Shown: piece after piece, positions 1 through 9,627 of the stretch
Numbering within the stretch: the stretch's first letter is position 1
How the letters are laid out: the number at the start of each line of letters is the position of its first letter
NCBI GenBank assembly: GCA_963708185.1
Contig: OY970195.1
Span: 736,001-800,000 of the forward strand
Direction: 5' to 3'
DNA length: 64,000 nucleotides
Source: Candidatus Peregrinibacteria bacterium
Lineage (GTDB): Bacteria; Patescibacteriota; Gracilibacteria; UBA1369
Translations under genes and position numbers: made by a program
The notes under the pieces: generated by a model
Databases searched by the model: none
What the model was told of the DNA's origin: nothing
What the model saw: the letters and a program-made list of their open reading frames with translations, nothing else

Positions 1-1830
1 AGCAATCAGGATGGCAAGAATTATGAAACGTTTACCGTCCAATCCGTTGATCTCGGACAATCCATCGAGGCGACGGGGTTTTTGCAGCCGACCACTTCGG
101 TGGATCTCGCGTTCCATACTTCGGGAGAAGTGGGAAAGGTCAACGTTGACGTGGGAGACCGCGTGAAAAAAGGCGATACACTGGCCTCATTGACCAATGA
201 CAGCCAGAAGGCCGCTTTGGCCCAAACCAAGGGTATTCTGTCCGAAGCACAGGCCGCTTTGAACCTTGAGCTTGCCCAGGCCACCGATCAAGACATTGCC
301 ATCGCCCGTGCAGACGTGCAGCAGGCCGTCGCGAGCAAGGAAAAAACCCAGGTGGACTACAACAATTCACTCACCGATCTCGACAATACGAAAAAAACCG
401 TTGCCCAGGACATCAAAACCGCCGAACTCAACCTCGACGATGCGAAACTCAATCTCCAAAAAGTGGAGATCAACAGTTCCACTGCGACCCAGCAGAGCGA
501 CACCTCCGTCACGAACGCAGCGCTTGCGGTAAAAACGGCCCTCGACCAGCTTCTTGTTGCGGCAAAGGGGCTGCTGCAGAGTTTCGATAAGATCTTCGGA
601 TTTGAAGGACCCTCGATTTTCAATACGGCAAATTCTATCACCATCGTGGGAAGTGCAGAGTACATCAGCGCCCAGAATCTCTACTCGCAGGATCTGCAAA
701 GTTACAAAGACCTCCAGGCAACATTCGACGCGTTTCCATCGACGCCTTCAGCCGACGATCTCCTCAAGGTTGCAGTTGACGTCACCGGATTCATCAAGAC
801 GACCAATGACTGCATTCTTGCGGTGACGGTCGTTCTCGATAAGTTAAGCACGAATTCGCAATTTCAGTACTCTGACCTGACGCAGCTCCGGACCGAGATC
901 ACGGCTTCCGGAGGAACATTTAATGCCGCAGCGGCAAGTTACAATACCGCCAAGAAAACACTTGATGATGCCACCATCAATCAAAGCGGTACGGGGAGCA
1001 CTTCTCCGCTTGATGTGGAATCCGCTCGGTTGGCCGTCACCCAGGCCCAACAGAACCTGACCAAGGTCCAGGTCAACGGAGACACCCAGATTTCAACCAA
1101 AGAAACCGCTTCAAAAGCTTTGACCGCGGAGTTGCAGGTCGCCCAAGCCGAAGTCGACCGCAGCAACGCAGCCCTGGAAAAAACTCTGGCTTCGCCTCGA
1201 TCCGTGGACGTGGCTCCATACCGTGCGCGCGTGCAGCAGGCGCAGGCCCAGGTGGACAAAGCGCAAAGCGACCTCGATAATACGCTGATCAAAGCTCCAT
1301 TCGACGGTATCATGACGGCGAAAAACATTGATCCAGGAGAACAGTTCCTTATCGCAAGCGGTGTCGCCAACCAGCCGGCACTGAGCATTATCGACGATAG
1401 CCAGTTTCACATCGACGTCAACATTCCCGAAACCCAGATCATCAAGATTTCGACCGACAGCAAAGTCACCGTTACGTTTGACGCCCTCGATACCGAAGAA
1501 ACGTTTGACGGCAAGATTCTTTCGATCGAACCGGCTTCAACTACGGTCCAGGACATCATCTACTACAAAGCAAAGGTTGCGCTCGTCAAAGCCGACAAAA
1601 GGCTGAAAGCCGGCATGACGGCCAATGTTACCATCGCTTCGGATTCTCCGAACAAGGTGCTGGCTATTCCGGAACGAGCCATCGTGCTCGACGACAACAA
1701 TAATAAAACCGTTCTCACCTCACCGGGACAAAGCGTACAGATCCGAACCGGAGTCCGCGGTGAAAACGGCATGATCGAAGTTGTTTCAGGTCTCAAAGAA
1801 GGTGATACGATACTTGTTCCGCTGAATTAA
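1..1830 (+). CDS. Efflux membrane-fusion/adaptor protein (HlyD/MacA-like) with long coiled coil; 5'-truncated by window edge
   Basis: Frame open from base 1; lipoyl-like GEVGKVNVDVGDRVKKGDTLASL and IKAPFDG motifs; C-terminal LKAGMTANV and GLKEGD; followed by permease and ATPase. Confidence 0.88.
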   Translation, partial: SNQDGKNYETFTVQSVDLGQSIEATGFLQPTTSVDLAFHTSGEVGKVNVDVGDRVKKGDTLASLTNDSQKAALAQTKGILSEAQAALNLELAQATDQDIAIARADVQQAVASKEKTQVDYNNSLTDLDNTKKTVAQDIKTAELNLDDAKLNLQKVEINSSTATQQSDTSVTNAALAVKTALDQLLVAAKGLLQSFDKIFGFEGPSIFNTANSITIVGSAEYISAQNLYSQDLQSYKDLQATFDAFPSTPSADDLLKVAVDVTGFIKTTNDCILAVTVVLDKLSTNSQFQYSDLTQLRTEITASGGTFNAAAASYNTAKKTLDDATINQSGTGSTSPLDVESARLAVTQAQQNLTKVQVNGDTQISTKETASKALTAELQVAQAEVDRSNAALEKTLASPRSVDVAPYRARVQQAQAQVDKAQSDLDNTLIKAPFDGIMTAKNIDPGEQFLIASGVANQPALSIIDDSQFHIDVNIPETQIIKISTDSKVTVTFDALDTEETFDGKILSIEPASTTVQDIIYYKAKVALVKADKRLKAGMTANVTIASDSPNKVLAIPERAIVLDDNNNKTVLTSPGQSVQIRTGVRGENGMIEVVSGLKEGDTILVPLN

Positions 1831-1841
1831 TCCACCAGACG

Positions 1842-3092
1842 ATGTCTTCACGAAAAGATTCAATCCGTTTAGGTTTTTTCCTCGCACGACGTTCGATTTT
1901 GAGGGGAAACCGCTACGTGACCGTTCTCATTGTCGCCATTTTGATGCTGATTTTCCTTAATCTGCTTGCGGTCGGCGGTCTGCTCATCGGTATGCTCAAG
2001 AACGGTAACAGGGCTTTTTATACGTATTTTTCCGGAACGGTCGAGGTCAAACCACCGATTGAAAAACAGTACATCCAGTATCCCGACGAACTGATCAGTT
2101 TTTTCAAGAGCCTTCCCGGATACCTTTCCTACTCGGCGCGTCTCAACTCGGCGGCAAAGCTTGAGGTCGGTTACAAAGAGAAAAAAATCGGATCGGAAGT
2201 CAGCAATGTTTCCAGTCCGATCGTGGGGATCGATCCTGACATGGAGTCCAAGACGACCAGTCTTCAAAACACCATCATTGAAGGACGTTTTCTTCGCCCG
2301 GATGATCGAGACAAAATTGTCCTCGGCGCCATCATTGCCGGGCGAGGAGGGACCATCGCCATCGGAGAATCACTCAAAAACGTCAACGTCGGCGACAAAG
2401 TCCTCGCGACGTACGGCAACGGCGTCAAGCGTGAATACACCGTCGTTGGCATCATGCTGGCAAAACCGGTTTTCCGCAATCTGCAGTCTTTCGTCAACAT
2501 CAAGGAGCTCGACGACGTCATGGATATCACCAGTCCCCAATACACCGACATCGCCATCAAAACGGTCAACCCGCTCGACGCCGACCATTTCAGGAGTTAT
2601 TTCGTCAACGCCGGATACACCCAGTACAATCTCATCCAGACCTGGGAGGAATCGCTCGGCAGTGCCATCAATGACATCAACACGGTACTTACCGCGCTCG
2701 GTGACATCATCGGCGCCATCGGTGTGGTCGTGGGGTCGATCACCATTTTCATTCTCATTTTCGTCAACGCCATTTCCCACCGCAAATACATCGGCATTCT
2801 CAAAGCCATCGGCATCAAGAGCGAATCGATCATTCTGTCCTACGTTCTCCAGGGATTTTTCTATACGGTTCTGGGCATAATTTTCGGATCGATCATCCTT
2901 TTCGGCTTCCTGATACCGTACTTTAATGCCCACCCGATTGATCTTCCTTTTGCCGACACCTCGATTTACGTTTCTCAACCTTATGCCACCGATCGTATCA
3001 TCATTCTTCTCATCGTTTCGATCGTCAGCGGGCTTATTCCGGCCCGGCTTATCACCAACGAAAACACTTTAGACGCTATTTTAGGACGCTGA
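1842..3092 (+). CDS. ABC transporter permease, FtsX/MacB-like
   Basis: N-terminal TM, extracytoplasmic domain (IEGRFL), IGILKAIG motif followed by three TMs. Confidence 0.88.
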   Translation: MSSRKDSIRLGFFLARRSILRGNRYVTVLIVAILMLIFLNLLAVGGLLIGMLKNGNRAFYTYFSGTVEVKPPIEKQYIQYPDELISFFKSLPGYLSYSARLNSAAKLEVGYKEKKIGSEVSNVSSPIVGIDPDMESKTTSLQNTIIEGRFLRPDDRDKIVLGAIIAGRGGTIAIGESLKNVNVGDKVLATYGNGVKREYTVVGIMLAKPVFRNLQSFVNIKELDDVMDITSPQYTDIAIKTVNPLDADHFRSYFVNAGYTQYNLIQTWEESLGSAINDINTVLTALGDIIGAIGVVVGSITIFILIFVNAISHRKYIGILKAIGIKSESIILSYVLQGFFYTVLGIIFGSIILFGFLIPYFNAHPIDLPFADTSIYVSQPYATDRIIILLIVSIVSGLIPARLITNENTLDAILGR

Positions 3093-3832
3093 TGTTTGCT
3101 GTCAAAACCGACAATCTGGCCAAAACTTATGTTTCCGGAAACGTTGAGACCAAAGCGTTGCGCGGTGTCAGCATCCAGGTGAAACCCGGCGAATTCGTCG
3201 CCGTCATGGGCCCGTCGGGTTCAGGCAAATCGACGCTGCTCTACCAGCTTGGTCTCATCGACTATCCGACGAGCGGAAAAATTTACATTGAAGGACGGGA
3301 CATCAGCCACTTTACGCAAATGGACCGCGACCGTTTTCGTTTGTACGAGTTTGGTTTTGTTTTTCAGGATTATGCGCTTATCCCGGAACTTTCGGCTGAA
3401 GAAAACATTATGGTTCCGCTGATGATGCAAGGAAAATCCAAGAAAGATGCTGAAAAAATGGCATTGGAAATATTGGATAAATTCGGCCTGAGCCACCGCA
3501 TCCGCAACCTTCCCAGCCAGCTTTCCGGAGGTGAACAGCAACGCGTGAGCGTCGGAAGGGCAATAGCGCATAAACCCAAGATTCTTTTTGCCGACGAACC
3601 GACGGCCAACCTCGATTCTGAAATGTCGCACGAACTTCTCGATCTGTTCCTGGAACTCAACAAAGCCGGACAAACCATCGTCATGGTCACGCACGAAAAA
3701 GAGTATGGGCTGATGGCCGAACGCATCATCCATCTTCGAGACGGTATGATCAACGGGCACCAACCGACGGATCATATTGAAGACGGCATGGAACACAAAA
3801 CCAAAAGCAGCATACGGGAGAAAAAACGCTAG
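3092..3832 (+). CDS. ABC transporter ATP-binding protein (LolD/MacB-like)
   Basis: Walker A GPSGSGKS, LSGGEQQR signature, ADEPT Walker B, VTH; start overlaps upstream TGA. Confidence 0.93.
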   Translation: MFAVKTDNLAKTYVSGNVETKALRGVSIQVKPGEFVAVMGPSGSGKSTLLYQLGLIDYPTSGKIYIEGRDISHFTQMDRDRFRLYEFGFVFQDYALIPELSAEENIMVPLMMQGKSKKDAEKMALEILDKFGLSHRIRNLPSQLSGGEQQRVSVGRAIAHKPKILFADEPTANLDSEMSHELLDLFLELNKAGQTIVMVTHEKEYGLMAERIIHLRDGMINGHQPTDHIEDGMEHKTKSSIREKKR

Positions 3833-3857
3833 AAATCCGCAAGCTTTCTTTCAATAC

Positions 3858-3890
3858 AAAAACCCGGAGCTTGCTCCGGGTTTTCTCTTT
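3858..3890. terminator. Bidirectional intrinsic terminator between convergent ABC ATPase and pnp
   Basis: AAAACCCGGAGC-TT-GCTCCGGGTTTT inverted repeat with A/T tails. Confidence 0.8.
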
Positions 3891-3910
3891 TCAAATCGTA
3901 CTTTCAGGGT

Positions 3911-6094
3911 TTAGAACTTTCTCCTGAAAGGTTTTTTGGGCGGGCGCGACGCAATGCCGCCATCGTCGTGTGCACCTTCAGGTTTAGGAAGCAGAACCTT
4001 ATGGGAAAGGTTGTAGCGGCCCTGATCGTCGATCTCCATGAGTTTGACCTTGAGGGTGTCTCCGACCGATACGACGTCTTCTACGCGGTTCACGTGGGCC
4101 CAGGCAAGCTGTGAAATATGGACAAGGCCTTCTTTTCCCGGAAGGAATTCAACGAATGCACCGAAGTCCATGATCTTGACGACTTTTGCTTCGAACTCAT
4201 CGCCGACCTTCGGCTGATAGGTGAGACGTTTGATCCAGGCAATGGCTTTGTTGCCGCTTTCCTGATCCTTGGCCGTGATGCAGACGAGACCGTCCTGTTC
4301 GATGTCGATCTCCACTCCGCACTCTTCCGTGATCTTCTGGATGGTTTCTCCACCCTTGCCGATGACGACCTTGATGAGTGCCGGATCAATCTTCATATCC
4401 ATGATGAGCGGAGCGTACTTGGAAAGATGCTCGTTGGGTTTCGGAATGGTCTGGAGCATTTCGTACAGGATCTGTTCGCGGGCCTGCTTGGCTCGTTCCA
4501 ATGCTTCGCGCATAACTTCAATGGTCAGTCCTTTCACCTTGATGTCCATCTGAAGGGCGTTGATACCATCGTGAGTCCCGGTGACCTTGAAATCCATGTC
4601 ACCGGCGAAATCTTCCATGCCCTGGATATCGGTGAGGATCTTATAACCTTTCGTGATGTCTTTGTCTTTGGAAACGAGACCCATGGCGATGCCGGCAACG
4701 GGTTTCTTGATGGGAACGCCGGCGTGCATGAGTGAAAGCGTCGATCCGCAGACCGAAGCCATGGAACTTGAACCGTTACAGCTCATGATTTCCGAAACGA
4801 CCCAGATGGTGTACGGAAAATCTTCCTTGGAAGGAAGGACCGGGATGAGTGAGCGTTCAGCAAGATCGCCGTGACCGATGTCGCGACGGGAAGGACCGCG
4901 GAGAGGTTTTACTTCACCGACGGAATACGGCGGAAAGTCATAGTGGTGCATGTAGCGCTTGGTGATGTCTTCATCCATGGTGTCCACGATCTGGGCGGAA
5001 CCCGGAGAGCCAAGCGTGGTAATGCTCAATGCCTGGGTTTCACCGCGTTGGAACAGGGCGGAACCGTGCGGTCTCGGCAATAGTCCGACCATGCATTTGA
5101 TGGGACGGATTTCGTCGACCTTGCGGCCGTCGAGACGCTGTTCTTTTTCAAGAATATTGGCGCGCATGTTCTGTTCGAGCATCTTGTTGAGCACTTCATT
5201 GAGATGCCTGGTGCTCAACGTTCCGGCTTCGATCTGCTCTTTGTACTTTTCGGCGAGTTTATCTTCCAAGGCGTGGATTTTCTCCTTCACATCACCTTTG
5301 GTTTTTCCGAAGACCTGGTCCATCATGTCTTTGCTGATGGTCTCTTCCACGGCTTTCTTGGCTTCTTCAGGAATTTCCACCATGGTGGGGGTGCGTTCTT
5401 CCTTGTGGTAGACCTTGGCGAAATCTTCCTGGAGAGCGCAGATCTTTTTGATCTCTTCGTGCGCCATCTGAAGAGCCTTGAGTATGATGTCCTCTGAAAC
5501 TTCTTTGGAAGCGGCTTCAACCATAGTGATGGCTTCAGCCGTGCCGGCGACCACAAGATCCAGGCGGCCTTCTTCGACCTGTTTGTAGGTCGGGTTGATG
5601 ATGAGTTTTTCTTCGTCGCCTTCTTTGACGAGGCCCATGCGTACCGCACCGACCGGTCCCTGGAAAGGCATTCCGGAAATGCTCAATGCCGCCGAAGCCG
5701 CGATCAAAGCGGTGGTTGCCGGTTCGACTTCAAGGTCGGCCGACAGTACGGTGCAGATGATCTGAACATCGTTGACGACCCCTTTCGGGAAGAGCGGGCG
5801 GATGGGACGGTCAATGAGACGTGAGTTCAGGATGGCTCTTTCCGAAGGTCTGCCTTCGCGTTTCACGAAACGACTGCCTTTGATTTTTCCCGCGGCGAAA
5901 TATTTTTCCTCGTAATCGACCATCATGGGGAAGAAGTCCGTGCCTTCACGTACTCCGCCCATCATGGCGCTGGCGAAAACCACGGTGTCGCCGAGGGAAA
6001 CCGTTACAGCCCCATGGGACTGGTTCGCCAAGAGTCCGGTCTCGATTTTAAGTTCGCGACCGGCAAGATCCATTGAAAATGTTTTCTTTTCCAT
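3911..6094 (-). CDS. pnp: Polyribonucleotide nucleotidyltransferase (PNPase)
   Basis: RLIDRPIRPLF, HGSALFQRGETQ, GSSSMAS, GDMDFKV motifs, KH (IGKGG) and S1 domains; downstream of rpsO. Confidence 0.98.
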   Translation of the reverse strand: MEKKTFSMDLAGRELKIETGLLANQSHGAVTVSLGDTVVFASAMMGGVREGTDFFPMMVDYEEKYFAAGKIKGSRFVKREGRPSERAILNSRLIDRPIRPLFPKGVVNDVQIICTVLSADLEVEPATTALIAASAALSISGMPFQGPVGAVRMGLVKEGDEEKLIINPTYKQVEEGRLDLVVAGTAEAITMVEAASKEVSEDIILKALQMAHEEIKKICALQEDFAKVYHKEERTPTMVEIPEEAKKAVEETISKDMMDQVFGKTKGDVKEKIHALEDKLAEKYKEQIEAGTLSTRHLNEVLNKMLEQNMRANILEKEQRLDGRKVDEIRPIKCMVGLLPRPHGSALFQRGETQALSITTLGSPGSAQIVDTMDEDITKRYMHHYDFPPYSVGEVKPLRGPSRRDIGHGDLAERSLIPVLPSKEDFPYTIWVVSEIMSCNGSSSMASVCGSTLSLMHAGVPIKKPVAGIAMGLVSKDKDITKGYKILTDIQGMEDFAGDMDFKVTGTHDGINALQMDIKVKGLTIEVMREALERAKQAREQILYEMLQTIPKPNEHLSKYAPLIMDMKIDPALIKVVIGKGGETIQKITEECGVEIDIEQDGLVCITAKDQESGNKAIAWIKRLTYQPKVGDEFEAKVVKIMDFGAFVEFLPGKEGLVHISQLAWAHVNRVEDVVSVGDTLKVKLMEIDDQGRYNLSHKVLLPKPEGAHDDGGIASRPPKKPFRRKF

Positions 6095-6133
6095 AAAAAA
6101 AATGGGGGTTATGATATGTTTTCCCCCAACAAG

Positions 6134-6217
6134 GCCCTTGGCCCAAGTAACAAGTTCAAAGAGACAATATGTTTATCTGCTTGAACCTGTAACTTGTGAC
6201 TCTGGGTACTTGCCGAG
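6134..6217 (-). promoter_or_regulatory. Long stem-loop in pnp 5' leader (candidate RNase III processing/autoregulation site)
   Basis: On minus strand CAGGTTCAAGCAGATAA pairs with TTGTCTCTTTGAACTTG around a 5-nt loop; same position as the E. coli rpsO-pnp leader hairpin. Confidence 0.5.
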
Positions 6218-6233
6218 GAAATAATGATTAAAG

Positions 6234-6497
6234 TTATTTGCGAAGTTTGAGTTTTCCCACGAGATCTTCGTAGTTTTCCTTGTCGTTCAGGCGAAGATAG
6301 TTGAGGAGTTTGCGTCGTTTCCCGACCATCATGAGAAGTCCGCGGCGGGAATGGTTGTCTTTTGGATGTTCTTCCAGGTGGCCCGAGAGCTGGTTGATCC
6401 TTTCCGTGAGAACCGCAATCTGTACTTGCGGCGACCCGGTATCTTTAGGGTGAAGCGCGTAATTCTTGATTACCTTTTTCTTTTCTGTACGTTTCAT
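6234..6497 (-). CDS. rpsO: 30S ribosomal protein S15
   Basis: [38 protein letters not shown]; start moved to ATG 6497 giving 87 aa. Confidence 0.97.
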   Translation of the reverse strand: MKRTEKKKVIKNYALHPKDTGSPQVQIAVLTERINQLSGHLEEHPKDNHSRRGLLMMVGKRRKLLNYLRLNDKENYEDLVGKLKLRK

Positions 6498-6624
6498 CGC
6501 GTTAGCTAAAGTTAAAAAATTCGGCTTATAATGTACCAAATCTCTTGACGCTTGGCAAGAAGATATTTCTCCTTTATCATGGTTGGGATTTTTGAAGGAT
6601 TTTATAGTATTTGGAGCTTACGCC

Positions 6625-7560
6625 ATGAATTACCGCCAAATCATCGGTGAGGCTTGGGGTTTTACGCAGGAGAATAAGAAACTTATTGTCTGGTACGCCT
6701 TTATCCCCTCCATTCTGGGTACCTCTGTGGGCGTTTTTTACCTTGTCTATCAATATTTCGCTTTTCTCAGCTCTCCGTTGTTCGAAAACTGGCAGGAAAG
6801 CTTTCTTACCGTTGCCTTGAAGTCGATTTTTGATACGCTCAGGAGCAACATGGGAACTTTTATCCCGGTCGTGATCTTGGGAATTCTGCTGACCCTGATG
6901 TACTTTTTTCTTCCGCCGATCACTGACGGGGCCATGATCCAGCTTATTGCGAGAAAAAAAGGCGGGCAGGACGTCCGTATCCGCGACGGCCTGAAGTACG
7001 GATTATTCTATTTTCTGCCTCTTTTCAGCTATTCCCTCGTGGACAGAACCTACAATATTACTTCCCTTTTCTGGGAATCCGGCTTTGTTTTGAGAAATCT
7101 GGGACCCGACACCTTCGATACGCTGCTTCCCCTGCTGATTATTCTTGTGGTCGTGAGTCTCATTTTCATGTTTTTGTTTATTTTCAGCCAATATTTTATT
7201 GTCATCGACGAACGTCACGTGACGGAATCGATGGCAAAAAGCGCTGTGCTGGTCTCGAAACATCCCGGAAAGACTTTTATGCTCAGTCTTTTGATGTTCG
7301 TTATCGGCATTCGCATTCTGGTTCAGATTATTTTCGTGGTACTCGTACCTTTGGGAGTACTTACCGCCGTTTTTTATTTCGCCGCGTCAACGCTCCCGGA
7401 TATTGGGCTGTGGATCGGCGGCGGGCTTGGCATTGTTGCACTGTTCTTTGCCTCATACCTTGGCGCAATCGTTCACGTTTTTACCACCACCGTCTGGGTT
7501 TTTGGATTCCTTGACCTTACCACCACTCCCGAAATCAACGCCCGTGGAGACGCCGTTTGA
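6625..7560 (+). CDS. Multi-pass membrane protein of unknown function
   Basis: About 6-7 hydrophobic segments; ATG at 6625 preferred over TTG 6583. Confidence 0.75.
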   Translation: MNYRQIIGEAWGFTQENKKLIVWYAFIPSILGTSVGVFYLVYQYFAFLSSPLFENWQESFLTVALKSIFDTLRSNMGTFIPVVILGILLTLMYFFLPPITDGAMIQLIARKKGGQDVRIRDGLKYGLFYFLPLFSYSLVDRTYNITSLFWESGFVLRNLGPDTFDTLLPLLIILVVVSLIFMFLFIFSQYFIVIDERHVTESMAKSAVLVSKHPGKTFMLSLLMFVIGIRILVQIIFVVLVPLGVLTAVFYFAASTLPDIGLWIGGGLGIVALFFASYLGAIVHVFTTTVWVFGFLDLTTTPEINARGDAV

Positions 7561-8250
7561 CCGGATCATTCCCATGTTTTTCCCATGACTTCGACCGTTT
7601 TCATCCGCCAGGAAGCGGCCGGCCTTCGGTGTTTGAGGCGCGATTTTTTTCTTGGGCGCGGGTGCAGGTGCGGGCTTCTTGTCTTCAGTGTTCGACTGGT
7701 TGTCCTGGACCTTCTTGGTGATATCTCGACTGGAAATAGCTATTTCCTCAACACTGTCACCGTTCATGATGGGGTAGAGTGATCCCATATTGAGATGATA
7801 TTCTCCTTTATTGTCCCTGAGTCGATACGGTCCAACCATGGTTTCGGGCTTTTTGTTCTGGATGACTTTTCCGAATGCCCCAAGAAATGTAGAGAGATCG
7901 TCGGGATGGATCAGCAGAAAGAAAATCTGTTTGTTGATTTCAGTCTGTTTGTAGCCCAGGGCGTTTTCGACATCCCAGCTTGCAAACCTGATCGTTCCGT
8001 CCACATTCATGACGAACACGGGATCTTCCTGGTCATTCACGAGTTTGCGATAGGCAGTCTCCTTTTCCTGCATTGATTTGACGTCAATGGATTCCGTCAC
8101 CGCCGGAGGGTCCAGAACGTCGGTTTTTATTTCTCCGCCGTTAAGTCCTCCGTTTGACCCGATGAAGAAAAGAATCGTTGACATCGATACAACAAAGAGT
8201 GCCACCGCCACCATAATGACGTGCTTGTTTTGCTTCAGGTATTGCAACAT
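7453..8250 (-). CDS. Membrane-anchored PAS-domain protein without output domain
   Basis: N-terminal TM; PAS motifs DPVFVMNVDGTIRFAS, ALGY, LIHPDD, SRDIT; Pro/Lys tail; 3' end overlaps the convergent gene. Confidence 0.75.
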   Translation of the reverse strand: MLQYLKQNKHVIMVAVALFVVSMSTILFFIGSNGGLNGGEIKTDVLDPPAVTESIDVKSMQEKETAYRKLVNDQEDPVFVMNVDGTIRFASWDVENALGYKQTEINKQIFFLLIHPDDLSTFLGAFGKVIQNKKPETMVGPYRLRDNKGEYHLNMGSLYPIMNGDSVEEIAISSRDITKKVQDNQSNTEDKKPAPAPAPKKKIAPQTPKAGRFLADENGRSHGKNMGMIRSNGVSTGVDFGSGGKVKESKNPDGGGKNVNDCAKV

Positions 8251-8436
8251 TGAGTTTTGGTTTTATTTAAGGTAGATAGGTCTTTTTTCTATCGTATTGT
8301 ACTATTTTAGAATATTTAATAATCTTTGTCAATTGCCCCGAAGAAGATTTTTCCCCTTTTGAAGGGACTTTGATTTTCCAGTTAATTATGGTATAATTAC
8401 ATAACAAACACTCAAAAATACCCTAAAAATACACCT

Positions 8437-8886
8437 ATGGCTCAAACACCAGACCTTTCCATCCTTCCCATCCTCAAAAAGATCCCGCTGTTGGCCGATC
8501 TGAACGAAGATGACCACAAGGAGATCATCAAGCATATTGAAATGCAGTATTACCCCGCCCACCAGGTCATTTTCAAGGAAGGCGACCCCGGTGACGCCGT
8601 TTACATCATCAAACGGGGGGTTGTTCGTATCTTTCACCCCGGCTCAGACCCGGTTGAGGACAAAGAGGTAGCCATGCTGGGAGATAATGACGTTTTCGGA
8701 GAAATGGCCATTATTTCGGAAAAACCCCGCAACGCCAGCGCACAGACCATGGAAGAAAGCGAGATTTTTGTACTCAAAAAAGAAGATTTTATCCAGCTGG
8801 TTAGCTCCAATCCAAATATGGCGAGCCGTATCAGCGGTGAGTTCCTGAAGCGGTTCAAAATCAACCTGCAGGGAAAACAGGAGTAG
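8437..8886 (+). CDS. Stand-alone cyclic nucleotide-binding (cNMP) domain protein
   Basis: IFKEGDPGDAVYII, FGEMAII, PRNASA phosphate-binding cassette; no HTH. Confidence 0.9.
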   Translation: MAQTPDLSILPILKKIPLLADLNEDDHKEIIKHIEMQYYPAHQVIFKEGDPGDAVYIIKRGVVRIFHPGSDPVEDKEVAMLGDNDVFGEMAIISEKPRNASAQTMEESEIFVLKKEDFIQLVSSNPNMASRISGEFLKRFKINLQGKQE

Positions 8887-8900
8887 TTTTTCACTGAATC

Positions 8901-9512
8901 ATGCTGTACCTTTACCTGTTCATATATCTTTTTCTTGCCCATTTACTGGCTGATTTCGTTTTCCAGCCGGAAGGGCTGATTGCCTGGAAACTCAAAAGCT
9001 GGAAGGGCATTTTTGTTCACGCCCTGATACTTTTCGTGACGATGACAGCTTTTTTCTGGCCTTTTGTCGCTGACATCAACCTGTTGGGCATGGGAGTGCT
9101 TTTATTGAATTCAGTGCTCCATTTTTTGATGGACAAGGATAAAATCCGCATGGAAAAGAAGGAACATCGTTATGTCAGACTGTTCTTTCTTGATCAGAGC
9201 TTTCACGTGGTCGTTCTATTGGTTTTGGCCCTTGTTCTCGGCTATCTCCTGCACTCGGACCTCTACGCAACGGGGCAGCTTCTGAATTACTTCAGCGGGT
9301 TTTTACCCTTCGCGCTCTATCTGATCGTCGCCGTTCTGAGCACCTATGTTTATGAGATCGTCAAATTCCAGTTCAAACGTCAAGAAATCGGGAAAAACGC
9401 CATAAAATTCAACTACGAACACATGTTTGTCCGGCTGATGGTGTTGAGCCTGATTTTTGGGGTGACGCTGTTCCTTACGGGCTTTCATATCGCAAAAACG
9501 CTGCTCGGGTAA
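8901..9512 (+). CDS. DUF3307-like membrane protein
   Basis: LAHLLADFVFQ, H..H.LMD, LDQSFH pattern; several TMs. Confidence 0.75.
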   Translation: MLYLYLFIYLFLAHLLADFVFQPEGLIAWKLKSWKGIFVHALILFVTMTAFFWPFVADINLLGMGVLLLNSVLHFLMDKDKIRMEKKEHRYVRLFFLDQSFHVVVLLVLALVLGYLLHSDLYATGQLLNYFSGFLPFALYLIVAVLSTYVYEIVKFQFKRQEIGKNAIKFNYEHMFVRLMVLSLIFGVTLFLTGFHIAKTLLG

Positions 9513-9627
9513 AACGGCGCCTGAACGGGAAGCGCTTGTGTTTTTGAGCTTGGCTTTGTAGAATTGAGGCCGCCTTAGCTTCGCCGCTTCCGCTTGAGGA
9601 CGGCACCCGCTGTTTTACGCCTCGATT

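Noticed and set aside
9513-9627. T-box or attenuator upstream of leuS
   Set aside because: Too short, with no T-box consensus or terminator; only weak pairing
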